A DNA stretch of 64,000 bases from Podarcis pityusensis (taxonomy: Eukaryota). The stretch lies in the NCBI GenBank assembly GCA_964106645.2, contig OZ078259.1, one strand, 5' to 3'. Below the pieces are notes generated by a model that had not been told where the DNA came from, searched no databases, and saw nothing but the letters and a program-made list of their open reading frames with translations. Both the position numbers and the translations under genes were made by a program. Positions 24,359-37,170 of this stretch are shown here, piece by piece. Positions within the stretch are counted from its first letter, which is position 1. Every line of letters starts with the position of its first letter.

Positions 24359-26465
24359 GTAAAAAACCCCTTTAGCCTCCGCCACTTTCATTCTCATGGG
24401 ACCGTAAAATGAGAGGCATCTGCAGTCAGGCAGGTGTTCATTTCCCTGCATTTTAGAAAAGTAGTTCAGTAGGTGGAGTGTCTGATTTGCAAGCAGTTGT
24501 TTTGATCCCCAGTTGGCATCTCCAGATAGGGCTGGTAGTAAATCCCCTGCTGGAAACCCTGCTCAGCCATCACTGCCGGTCAGTGTTGGTAATACCGAGC
24601 TGGGCAGACTGATGTCCTCACTTGGAGTAAGGAAGCTTCGCACTGATTTAAGACTTGAAAACTTGAATGGGAACAGTGCTGAATGCAGCTTATTTCCATT
24701 TCGGGGTGAGGTCTCTTATTTCCTTCCCTCCTGCCAGATATAGGTCTCCAGGCTCTGTGAATTTGTTGACAGGGAAGGCATTTCTTAGTAAGGAGTAGTT
24801 CATTTTTCAATAAGATGTTTTCTGGCGGGAGGGACTGGATCTCTACATGTGAATCTGCTGAAGGTGCCATTGTTGTCCCTTTGGTTCCTTGCGGAAAGTA
24901 ATAAGCTCTTAATTTCTGCAAGCTTATTGATGGTGTCTATTTCCTTATTTGGGGTGTGTGTGTGTGTCTGCATGTTCAGAGTTTCCTCCTCATTTAATGA
25001 AACTGGCAATGCAGCATTACTCTATGGATCAGTTTCCTTGATGCCGACAGATTTTAAGGATTGCATATTGAGCATAGCAAGATTGTTGAGCTCTTTCTCT
25101 TGGTCCATTTTCTGTAGCTTAAGGAGCCTGGAAGCCCAGCCCAGGCAGATGTCTCCTCTCCTTCCCAGGAGAAAGAGGCAAGATGCCTTCAGGCAGGATT
25201 GGGAATGAGGTGCTGGCTTTGGAGCTGTGTTGAGGTGCTGTGTTCTAAAACCAAAGAAGGGGTGACAGTGTGACTCTACAGTCCAGGCCACTGTGGGTCA
25301 GTGTGGTACTCTTGGGGTCATGAAAGAGCTTGTAGGGCAAGAGACACTTTATGGGCAGCCTGGATGCCCCCCGCCGACCCACTGGAGAGACACATTTCTA
25401 GCCAAGCCAGCAGGATTTTATAGCCAGAGCCCAGCTAGGTTCTATGTCCATTGATCAGCTAAATTTTGTGGGTGGCTGACAGGGTGCTTGGCTGGCAGCA
25501 TCTCATGTGCCCAAAGTATGTTAGCTCGGGGGTAGGGGGACCTCACTTTGCAGGTGTATGAAAAAGCTGGGAGTGTCCAAAATGTCAATGTTCTAATTTG
25601 ACCAGGCTAAAACTTTCCCTGCCTGTACAGATAGTTTTGGTGCTGAGGAGCAGGTGACTCTCCAGGGTCATCTTGTCCAAAGGTGGACCTCCTTTCCCAG
25701 GAGAAACTGAAATCCATCCTTCAAAGCTCACTCAAAACTTAAAACCCTGAGAGAGTGAAGCCAATCTGGTTCACTCAGAGACAGTGATTCCTTGATGTGA
25801 GTCGTATGCCAGGGAAATAACAGCCCACCAGGAGCACCTGGAGCACCTAGTCCAGCCCCCCAACAGGTAGCTCAGCGGGAAGGAACCTGTGGGCAAGACC
25901 TGCTGCCAGCAGCAGCAGCTCTCCCCACTAGCAGTTCCCAGCCACTGGCATTCAGAGGCCTACATATTACGCACTTCTTTAAAACATTGATCAGCCAGCC
26001 ATGTTAAAGTTTATTTTGTGCAGTGTTACTTATTTGTTTATTTCGTAACTTTTATATACCGCTTGATTGTCAGAAAAATCCTCAAAGCGGTTTACATAAA
26101 GTTGCTAGTGTTTTGTGTTCCGTTGCATGACGTGCACCACCCTATCAGTCCCTTAGGAAATGGCGTCATAAATATTTTTACTTATAAATGAACAATAAAT
26201 TCTGCCTTCAAGAGTGGAGGTAGAACATAACCAGTGTGGCCTGGCTGTAACCATTGGGCCTACTTCCCCAACCCTCTTGTCAGGATCTATTCACATTTCC
26301 CGCTGCTGCCTCTGCAGAGCAGGGGTCATTTGCCGTGGCTGCTTCTGCTTGGCTTCTTGGCCCAAGAGAAAGCGGGGTTCCTGCAGCCTCAGCCATTTGG
26401 GATACCCCGGGGTTTTCCCTTACAATCCTGGGTAGCTCTTTCATGCCTCCCTCCTTCTCCCCAAG

Positions 26466-26633
26466 GGCCTCAAGAGAAGCCGGAGCCAGTGCCCCTGGAG
26501 AGCCGCTCTTGTGTCCTCATCAGGCGGGACTTGGTCGCCCTCCCTGCCAGCCTTATCAGCCAGATTGGGTATCGCTGCCACCCAAAACTCTACTCAGAAG
26601 GAGATCCTGGAGAAAAACTTGAACTCGTGGCAG
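26466..26633 (+). CDS. NACC2: NACC2 coding exon 2
   Basis: ccccaag|GG...GCAG|gtaagg; encodes [55 protein letters not shown]. Confidence 0.95.
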
Positions 26634-27649
26634 GTAAGGACCCACAGGGGCAGGTTTTCCTTATGCTTATGGACTTGTTGCAGTAACATGGCTTAAAAAT
26701 TGTAAATATTGTAGAACTCCTGCAATTCTTTGTTTCATTAACAAGGGATCTTTTAATTTCTGCATGATTTGGTGGGGTTTTTTAATTAAAAAATAAAAAT
26801 AAAATAAATTTAGAAAAGATAAATTGCAGTGAACCAAAATGTAGAAAATTTTGCTTATAAAATTAATCTGACCTAAATTTATTTTGTTTATAAAATTACT
26901 TTGTTATTTATGGTAATATTGTAAATGTGATATCTATTTAAGTAGAGTCCCCCCCCCCTTTCTTGTCTTTCACTTCTGAGAACAAATATAACTTCCTTGG
27001 ATTCTTATTTCATTTACTTTACATTGTATCTGTGAAAGCTGTCTTACATTTTTCTAAGCTTTGTTTATGAAATGGACTGGCCACCTTGGTGTCCACCTTC
27101 CCTGAGCAACTTCTCAGTATTTAGGTGTGAAGGGAGTTTTAGATAAGAGACCCCAAAGAGCTAATCCAGAGCATTTTCCCCTTGTCAGGCCTTCAGTGGG
27201 GGGAGAAGAAAGGTTGCCTCCCTGAGAGAGCAGGGAGTAGAGGTGGGCAGGGCCAGGGCGCCCTCACCTGGCAGGAAGAGAATGTGCCTTTACTGCTGGC
27301 CATTCCAGTAAAGAGTGAAAAGGCTGGATCTTTTGCTGGGGGTAGTGATCCTGAGGGATCTCAGGACCCTCCCTTGGGTTGCCACGATCAGGTCACAGAC
27401 AACTCCTTTTCCTGCTGCCCAGGTCACTTCTCTGAGGTATGTCATAAGTCTTTGCTGCTTCAAGATGATCTGAGTCAGTATTAACTGCATGCATGTTTGT
27501 GTCCTGTTGTACACCTTGCAGAGCAGAGCTGGGGGTGTGACTTCTGGACCTCTTACTTGCTCTCTCCTGTATTGCTGGAAGTTGGACATGATGACCCTTG
27601 GGGTCCCTTTCCACTCTACAATTTTATTATTCTCTCTCTCTCCACCCAG

Positions 27650-27755
27650 GCTCCGGTGTTTACATCACTCGGGGGCAGCTGATGAACTGCCACCTGTGTG
27701 CAGGTGTGAAGCACAAAGTTCTCCTGCGGCGCCTGCTGGCCACGTTCTTTGACAG
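27650..27755 (+). CDS. NACC2: NACC2 coding exon 3 (BEN domain start)
   Basis: acccag|GC...GACAG|gtagga; encodes [35 protein letters not shown]. Confidence 0.96.
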
Positions 27756-29191
27756 GTAGGACACAAAGGAAGGGCCCGTCCTCCTAGCTCCTCTTGACCC
27801 AGCCGGCTTCTGAGCTGCTGCCTGGGAGCCAAGTTTGGAGGGAGCAGGAGCTTTAAGTGATGGAAGGGAGGGAAATTACCCATCGCATTTTGCTTAATGG
27901 GAATTAAAAAATGGGTTTTTAATTTGTCTGTCAATGGAGGTCAGATGTTTCCTAGTAGAAAACATAAATGTGAGGATGTGGGATTGTGTCCAGTGCTAGT
28001 CCAGTTCAAAGTAGACCCACTGAAGTTAGCAGACATGACTAGCTTAAGTTTGTTCATTTCAGCAGGCCTGCTCTGGTTAGAGCCCTTCATGTCTGTCTTT
28101 ACCAATTAGCAGAAATAGCTAAACCCTGCCCTGGGAACACTACACTGCAACACAAAGGGAAACCAGATTAAGATTAACAACCATGCTGGGTGGAATTTTT
28201 GTGTGTGTGTGGATCCTGTGCATTTGCACATGTAAGAGTCTGAGGTGGCTGTACTCAGCACTGGGATGAAACCTTCAGGGGGTTGGCTAGAGGGGGAAAA
28301 CAGCCCTCAGCCAGAGAAAGGTTTAGCCACCGCTGGGAGCGGAGAGATCTTTGAGCGGGGAGATCTGGGACCATCTGCATATGGATCCGCAGGTCGAGGG
28401 CAGACAAACCACTTTCATTTTGCTGTTCTTTGAAGGAGGTGCAGTGTACACAAATGCTCATAGGTGTAATAAGACATCACAGAGCCTAAATTGGACACTG
28501 TATGTCAACACATTTGGAAATACACATGGTAACAGATTTTGTCCCTTATCCTAGAATCGCAGAATGAGATGCAGACGATTCTTCAAATAACTGGTGTGAG
28601 CATAAATATGTATATTTAATAATTCCTTTAAATGGGCTGACGTGTCTACTGGCAAGTGAAAATTCTCTTGCCTCTTCTTATCAACTAGTATTTGCACCAT
28701 CTACAAAGAAATAGCTTCCAGAAGTTCTTGAAACTGCATGTCTCTGTAGGTCTGTAGATTTGGTTAGTCAAAGAAACGGACATGTAGGTTGACATCTCTG
28801 TTGTGCTCCCCCCCCCCCAAAAGCTGGGGGGTTTATCCAGTGTAAGTAATTTGGAATTGTGTTCAGTATTTATAATACTATGAAATACCTTTTTAAAAAT
28901 TTTGTTCTTCGGCCATGGTGAAGATTCCTTAATTTCTGCTGATTTGCAGAGTGAGCTTCAACAAGCCACAACTGATTGGTTTGTATTATCTCCTGTATGA
29001 GATTTTTTCTTGGGGGGTGTACCTCTTTGGGCTTCTGCTTCTCCCTCTCTTCTCCCCCCACCCATTCCTCCATGGAAGCTCCTTCAAAGTCTGCTGCCTG
29101 AAATGGGCTCTTTCCCATGCTTTGGATCCCAGCTGTGGGTTTTCTTTGAATGTGCTCTTGAGATTCTGCTTCCCACTCCTTCCCGGGACAG

Positions 29192-29289
29192 GAACACACT
29201 GGCCAACAGCTGCGGAACTGGGATCCGGTCTTCCACAAGTGATCCCAGCAGGAAGCCACTGGACAGCCGGGTCCTTAATGCTGTGAAAC
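29192..29289 (+). CDS. NACC2: NACC2 coding exon 4 (BEN domain)
   Basis: ggacag|G...AAAC|gtaagt; encodes [33 protein letters not shown]. Confidence 0.96.
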
Positions 29290-30904
29290 GTAAGTGTGGA
29301 GAGGAAAAGGAGAAGGAGCCTCTGAGGGTAGATGGAGAGCTATTCGGTTTATTTTACATCTTCCTTTAGTTGTGACTCCTGCCTTGCAGGAGGTTGGACT
29401 AGAAGACCTATGGGTCCTCTGCAATACTGTAATCTACAATTATAATTAAGAGACTCTTGCTCTACCGACTGAGCTACTCTATTATTCTAAGGGGTCTGGA
29501 TTCAAATGCTCCTTCTAAAAAGACACCAAAGCTTTAAAATCCTGCATTTTGGCGTCAGAACCCTGTTTACTGCCTTTTTGAAAAACTGTTTTTTATTAAA
29601 GATTTTATTGGGTTACAAAGGTACATACGTTATCTCTGTTTTCAGATCATAAAGTCCTTTCTACAGGGCAGTTCTATTCAATGTGAGACAGTAATGTTGT
29701 AGACAGTATAAGGTTGGGGGAGAAGAGAGGGGGGAATGTTTACTGCCTTTTGTATGTGCTGACAAAGTTTGTTTTTAAGTCAAGGCATGAGAGGGAAGAT
29801 CTTTGAGTCATGGGAAGATCTTTGAGAGGGAAGATCTTTGAGTCTGTGGCCACAACAGATTTTCTCTCTACTAAGCTATTTTGTGGCAGCCCCAATTGGT
29901 TGAGCTCCTCCTGCTTCATGAAATGCTCATTGTCTCATGACAGCAATGTGGAAAGAAGCCCCAAACAGGGGACCCTCTTTAGAATGTTGTCCCTGGTTGA
30001 AAGGGCAGGCAGAGAGGGGTGTCAGGGAATTTGGACACTGGCGGAGCCAGGCCAAGCCATGTTGGCTGAAAAAAGACTGCTGAGATGTCATGAGCCAGAA
30101 GGGGCCAGTCGGAAAGTCACTTGGGAGGGCGGTGCTGGGAGGGAGAAATTTGCACTTCAACTGTATCCTCAAGGCAACTTGCAAGAATTAAATAGTTCCA
30201 CTAGCAAATTAAAATGCAGCAGCATAAATCTGATAAGGACAAATGAGACCAGATGCATGCAGAGCCAAAGCAGAGGGTATGCTCTAAAGAGTGTGTGCAG
30301 TTTTGCTTCGGAAGGCGGGGAGCCTGCCTGGGCTTCTTTAAAAAGAAGGGGAAATTCTGCCAAATGAAACTTCTACCACTACAGGATTATGTCCTTCTGT
30401 GCAGCTCTTGAAGGACTTGGAGGCTCTCTCAAGGTCTGGACTTGGGAAATCAAGGCCTGAAAAGCAGTGTAGGGTTAGGGTTCGTGACTCTGGCAGCTGC
30501 ATGACTGGGAGAATTGGCTCTGAAAGGGGGATGAGGAGAGGGAGGCCTTGAGTTGAGCAATGCCAGAGAGGCTCTCAATAAGTACAAGTTGTTTGTCATC
30601 CGCAGAGGCTGGGTCTGGTCTTCTCTGTGCTTGCTTGCTAGTTTCCTACCAGCCGGGTAAGGTGTGATTCAAGCTGTTGAATGCAAATCTGGAAGCGTTC
30701 AATCTTTCTTTCTTAAAATAGTGAATAATTCACAGTCTACTATGGGACCTTCCAGCACTGTCTCCTTATCTGTGCTGGATGTTACGAATCTTGTAAAGGC
30801 GCCTTTATGCAATCTGTAATTTTACGGCCATTGTTCCTGATGCTGAAAAAAAAATGTTAAAACTCTTCCTCTGTTGTAGCTAAAACACCCCCTTGTCTTT
30901 GCAG

Positions 30905-31419
30905 TGTATTGCCAGAATTTTGCCCCAAGTTTCAAGGAGAGTGAGATGAACGTCATCGCAGCCGACATGTGCACTAATGCCCGCCGGGTGCGGAAGCGGT
31001 GGCTGCCGAAGATCAAATCCATGTTGCCGGAGGGTATGGAGATGTATCGGTCCGTCATGGGCTCCACTACCAGCAGTATCTCCCTGGACCCTGAATTCCA
31101 GCCTTCCGCTGCTCAGATGTTCGAACAGCGGATCTATGCGGAGCGGAGGGGGGATTCTGGAACCATTGTGGCACTGAGAACTAACACGGTCACTGTGGAT
31201 CAGAGCAACAGATCCAGCCAGCTGTTTGAGCCGAATGAGCAGGGGGAGGGAGCCAGTTCTGTCATCCAGGAGTCTGCTGGCCCAGAAGCAATGGCTTTGG
31301 AGAGCCACAGCACCACACCGCCTTTCGAACAGGGCCCATCTGGGTCCACTAGCCGGCCGGAGACTCCGGCAAGACGACCGGAAGGCCCCTACGGAGGAGG
31401 AGGAGGAGGGACTTTGTGA
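30905..31419 (+). CDS. NACC2: NACC2 last coding exon (BEN domain end + C-terminal tail)
   Basis: tttgcag|TG; encodes [44 protein letters not shown]...GGGTL* ; exon total 1725 nt = 574 aa + stop. Confidence 0.97.
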
Positions 31420-32205
31420 AAGAGCCAGGATCATGCTGGGCTTGACCAATGAGGGATCTCTAATACTAAAGCTGCTTGCATGCATTATTAATACAGAAAA
31501 AAGAGAAATGTGATCAAACCATTTACCTACTGAACTGCTACTGTTGCCTGAGAAAAATGTGATTTTTATTCTGCTTGTGTTTAAGATGGATGAAGGAAAT
31601 ATCACATTCGTTATACTGTAAGCAACTCTAGGCCTAAGGCAACCTACTTACGGAAAACGGAAATGAACAAACCCCAGGCTCCTTTAAAATCAAAAATCCT
31701 GAGGTTTGTCTAGAAGGCAGTAGGATTTTGTTTCAAAAGAGCTAAGCGATATTCCTCTCCCCCATTCATCCTCTTCCTCCTCCACCACCATCCTCAGCCC
31801 TCCTCTTCCTCTTCCTCCTCCTTGTGATGGGGCATGTACGGAGAGGGGAGGGGGCAAGGAGCTGATGGAGGATGAGGAGGAGGCCTTGCTGGGGTTGGCT
31901 GCTGTAGGGTGAGGTTTTGGTTTGGTTGCTGCACAATTCCATTGCTTGGACCTTTTGTTTGACTTGTGGACAGGGAGGATTTTTTTCAGGCACATTCCAC
32001 TAGGAATATATCCTGTGCAGGTACTGTTGGGACGAAGGGACATTTTTGCCTGGAAACTCCACCGGTGGCCAGTGCTCAGGATATTTGCTGGATGGAAAGC
32101 CTTAATTGCCCTTTTTCTTCCCTTGATGGTGCCCCCTGCCTGGTAGTGGCACCAGGGCACCACACTTTCCTTTGTGTCCCCCTCAGGCAATGGCTTCCCC
32201 CAGAG

Positions 32206-32237
<32 letters not shown>

Positions 32238-35200
32238 AAGGTGAGCCCAGGGCTCTTTCTGGCACAGCAGAAATGATTTGAATCAGGTTGGGCACATGAC
32301 ACCATTTGTGGGTGTCATGGATTTCGTCCTGAGGAGTATTGTGTTTGTCTGGGTGTGTGGCTGCACAAAACATTCCAGAATGACTCCCATGATACAATTT
32401 GGCCTGCTCTTAGATACAGGGGCATCTTTGAGCTTCATTTTGTTTAATGCTGAAATTTTGCTGGCAGAGATGGTGAAAGGCAAAAGCTGCTTGGGCTGGG
32501 CAGAGGTGCCCCCCAGGGGGCTAATACTGAGGGCCTCACTCTATCCTGATGCATCTCATGGGACCGGGGAGGGAGGTTATTGTTAGCATTGAGTGGTGTG
32601 TTGATGGAGGTGGAATATGGTAAGGCTCTACTGGGCCAGAGTGTGGGCTGCAGTTGCTGTTCTTGGCATTTCTGAAGGCATTTCTGAAGGAGCAGACAGG
32701 GAAGAGAAAATAGATCAGAGGGAGAGGAGAGAAGGGAGTCACTAACTTGAGAGTTTTGTGGCACACTTGGCCAGAATGGATGTTTTTGGTGGCTGTCCAA
32801 CCCTACCCCAAACCCTATTGTTCCTTTTTAGGAATCTGTGTTTTCCTATTTAATCCCACTCTTTTTTTTCTTTCTTTTTTTTTTTTTGAGAAGGCTCATG
32901 TAAAATATGAGAACAAGTTTTTCATTTCTGATGGCTTGAGCTGCTTTGTCTGGTAGGGTGTTTCTTAGAGGGGTACAGCTCAACTTTCACATCTGAAAGG
33001 TGTTGGGTGCAGAGCGAACTTTGGCCAAAGGAGAACCAGCATGTGTGCAAGAGGCAGAGCAGGTTGGAGTGGGATCTGGGCTGGGGAAGCAGGCAGGCAG
33101 CCTAGCTTGCTTTTTGGGTGGTTGTGTGTCAGGGGGAGAGCAGCCTCATTTTTGCTGCACTCAGTACCTCCCCCTAATATATGTCGGACAGGCGTGGCAG
33201 AGGAGAGAGTAGGGGGAAGCCACCATGGCCCGACTGGGCTATTTCATAAATGGAAGGGCAAAGAGGCCCCTTCTCTGGTCTCTGGTTGGATGGCCGTTGC
33301 AGGGGGTTGCCTAGATTACCCTTGGGGGTCCCTTTCCTCTCCACAGTTCTATAAGGGAAAGGTGCTTTTGCTCTGGGATCTGCCCCTTTTCCAACTCCAA
33401 AATGGGTCCTTGGCAGCCATCCCCTTAGCCGTTCTAGAATGGTTTATCCCAAGATTCAGTCACCTTGATTGAAACACAGGAGCTACTGGAAGGCCCCCAC
33501 CTGGTATGTGAGAAGGGTGTGCTGCTTAGGAATCTCTCGCCTTTCCTAGCCCAAACCCTTCTTGATGTAAGGGTTTGTCTCTGCTTTTCTAGGCAGGATC
33601 CCTGTGTGGGTTTCTGGGAAGGGACCACAAAGAGCAGGCTCTTGAGGGGGGAGGGGAGACATACTGAGTTTGGGGGGATTTTTCAGGTGCAGAAAGCTCA
33701 GGACAGTGGGAGCTTCTGAGAGCTCTGCAATGGGTACTTTATGAGCTCCAGGTGAGGCTCTGTGCTGGAGCCAATGGCATGAGGTGTTGCGGGGTATACT
33801 CTCTTCCTGGGGGTTCCTCCCTTTGCCATGTGACCATGGAGGCTTTGGAGGGAGTCCTTGCCTTTGGCCAATATTTGAAACTTCATTCTGGGCCCTGAAT
33901 AAAAAAACTGTGGTCCCTGATCTGTACCAGTGCCACCCCACAAAGGATTAAAACCAGCTGAGCACTGGTGAAGTGGATGGGTGAGGCCTTGAGGAGGGGA
34001 AGGAGAAGCACCAGGAGGCTGAGCCAACTGTCTCCAGCCTTTTTCTGGTCTGGGATGCCTCTGTAGCTGCAGCTCAAGCAGGCCAGTGGCCTATATAGTC
34101 CATCCTAACCTCAGTGCTTAACCAGTTGCCTTTTACAGGAAACTTGCAAGCACTGCCCTTTCCCCTCATGCAGTTTCAAGCAACTAGTAGTTGGCCTGGT
34201 ACTCCCACAGGTCCTTGGTACCCTTGCCCTGTGTGCCATAGGGAAGGCAAGGCAAGGCTTCATCCGGGATCTGGCATGAAGCCCTGGCAGTTGACTCCAC
34301 ACCTTCAAGGGCCTAATTCTGCATTTGCAGGTGAATGAGAACTTTTTGTTATCAGAGTGAGCAGTCGAGTAATGATCTGCCCTAGATGGTCCAGTGAGTA
34401 GGGGCAGCTCTGTGGGCAGTGACCCCCCCCTTCTGTATCTTTCCCTGAGTCAGTGGTAAAGGGGGATTGGGTCCATGAAATATGATGGTATCAAACTGAA
34501 AGGATTACTGCCTTTCTTACCTTGGGTCATTTCCTCTTCCAATTGCATACCCTACCCAAAATAATGGTGGTACAAAGTGCATCCAGGAGCTGTTCCACCT
34601 GCCCCTGGCCCCATGATGAAATGACCAGAACATAAAGAAAATACTTGAATGGCTTAGAAAAGAATCCGAAGAGAGTGTCGCATTGCACAGTTAAGATATA
34701 TTTTTATACCGAGCACAATTTCATGTACATTTTTATTTGGAGTTTCTTTGTTTGTTTTTACTTTCTAGTAAAAGAGAGAGAGAGCGAGAGAGCTTTAGGT
34801 AAACTTGAAAAAAAATGTGAATGGTTTGTTTTTGGGGAGGGGGGCCTTCCTTGTCTTCTTGATGAGGATGAGCATTTGCACTAAACCAGATCCGCATGTG
34901 GAGGCTTAAGGGCAGATTTCCAAGACGTATCTGTGGATCGTGATTGTCTCCTCCCTGGTGGGAAGGAAGAATGTCGCAAAATAAAAGAATGTAAAGTGAG
35001 AATGAAGCCCAGAATGATCGGGATTTCCTGAGTGCCTTAGCCCTTTTTGGATCACTTGTTTTCCATGCGGAGGGGACAGAGAGGGGGGGAAATGCCAGAT
35101 CAGGAGGAATGCCCCCCGCCCCGATTTCCCCCTCTTTGTTTACAATAATGCTAGAAATGTCATGAGAGTGTTTGGGAGTTGCTTTCTGACTGTGATGATG

Positions 35201-37170
35201 CATAATGTGAAATGGAAACGGCATCCCTCTAGATCTTAAAAATAAAATAAAAATGGAAGCAGAAGTATTTATGGTATGTCTGCACCTCTATTCTTAATGC
35301 TTGACTGTTAGCAATATTACATGTGTATATTATATATATATATATATTAAAAGTTATATCAAGCACCTTTTTAAAGAGAGAGAAAACCGAGTGAATTTAG
35401 TGGTTGCCACATCATAGTATAAGAATTGAACCAACATTCCCACCCCCTCCTTTTCTGCAATGGAAACATCCCCAGATTGCAGTTGCTTTGTAAATTAGCC
35501 TGGCTTCTCCGAGGTTTCTTTACCTAACCCTTGCTCAGAAGTGTGCAATTCCAGGGTTTTTTTTCACTCTAAACCAAAATTTGGAGCCAAAAACAAGACT
35601 CGGATTTTTTTTTTCCAAGAAATCTGATCTCATTGCAAAGGTGAGACCATGTTAAGCCATAAGTCCTGTCCTTTTGTCTGCTCTGAGACTTCCCTGACAG
35701 TTATTCTCTTCTTGCTCCAACTGAAATGGCCACTAATTCAACCCTCAAGTTGCCAGAGATGTTTGGCTGTTCCCCACTTTTTCTTACCTGTCCTGGGAAT
35801 CCAGTTTGGAAATGGGTTTTGCTTAATTGAAGAAATTCTTCTTTCTCATTTTAATTAAGTGCTGGAAAGCATCCTGGCTAGAAAGTTTAGCTTTTTTTGT
35901 AGGATGCTGATTTGCCAGGGTGGATAAAAGGTGGTGACTGTTTTCTCACCTGGTGTGGCAACCTTTTCTGGTACTTCCCATCACTGAGGAATTGTGACCC
36001 TCTTGGTGACTTCTCTTTCCTGCATCTTCTTCCTTGCAGCATTAAATGGAAAGAGGAAAAGCAAATTGGTGCCATCCCCACCTGACAGGGCAGGAGAAGG
36101 GGGGAGTCCTAAAAAGGGCACAGCCATTTGGGCATGGTGCTCTCCGGGGGAAAGGTGCCCGGGGGAGACGGGCTGCTTTACATGTAATCATCTTTGCCTG
36201 AGAAGAGGCCCTCTCTGTGATGTTGTCTTCCCTGAGCAGCAGAGTTTCCACAGTTGTCCAAATGATGCAGCCTGTGATATATGCTGTGCATTTTGACCAT
36301 ATCTCCTGTGGCCATTAAGGGATCCCTAACCAGTCTTAAAGGGCCAGGCCTTTCAGTGTCACTTTTACAGTGCTGCTGTGGCTGCCCATGGAGGGTTGTG
36401 GTCAATTCACTGGGTGCCCACCTTGGAGCAAGGCAATCTGTGCCTCTGCCAAAGCTGGCATGAGAGGAGGGAAAGAGGGATCCCATGTGTTGTCCTTGCT
36501 GAAGAACTTACAATCTTCTGTTTCTTCCAAACGTCCTTTTTGCACTTTTACGTCTGAGGTGGAGGGGAGGGAGCCCAACCTTGCAATACTATTTTTAAGA
36601 CTCAAAAATGATAAAGTCATAGCTAAGCAAGAAAATGTATAAATATGTTTAACTTGAACCTTTGGATTGCACTTGATTCAGATTGTGTGCAGATCCTTTT
36701 GAACTGCCTGAGAGAAAAGTCTTAAGAGAGCAAAAGGGTTTCTCTTGGAGTCTTTATCAAGAGTACCCAGTAGTACTGTAACTCATGACTGTTAAAAATA
36801 AATGAAAAGTTAAAAATCCCAGCGCTAATAGGGGAGATTTTGAAGTGCTTTGGAGTTGTTTCAGCCACGCAAAGTTTTGTTTATTCTCTTTGTTATTTAT
36901 GTGCCATCCCTCAGCTTGAGACTGTTACAGCCATGGCTAACACTATAGATTCAGAACAGTGTCAGGTGGCTGGGCGGGGGCGGGGGTAACATGGGGGAGT
37001 GGCTTCAAGATGTCTCTTCTTCACAAGCCCCCTTCCAAGAGTTCAAAGTATGGTTGTAGCGCTTTTCATATAATGAAAAATCCATGGAAAAATGTGATCA
37101 TTAATGATGAAAATGCTTTGTAAAATTCACATTTACAAAATAATAAAGTAAATAAAACCATGTGTCTCTT
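31420..37170 (+). other. NACC2: Probable long NACC2 3'UTR ending near tandem AATAAA signals (37142, 37151)
   Basis: No transposon recognised over ~5.7 kb after the stop, AU-rich blocks, two AATAAA followed by a GT/T-rich stretch; 3' end inferred. Confidence 0.6.

Noticed and set aside
30880-31605. 241-aa minus-strand ORF
   Set aside because: Antisense shadow of the NACC2 last exon.
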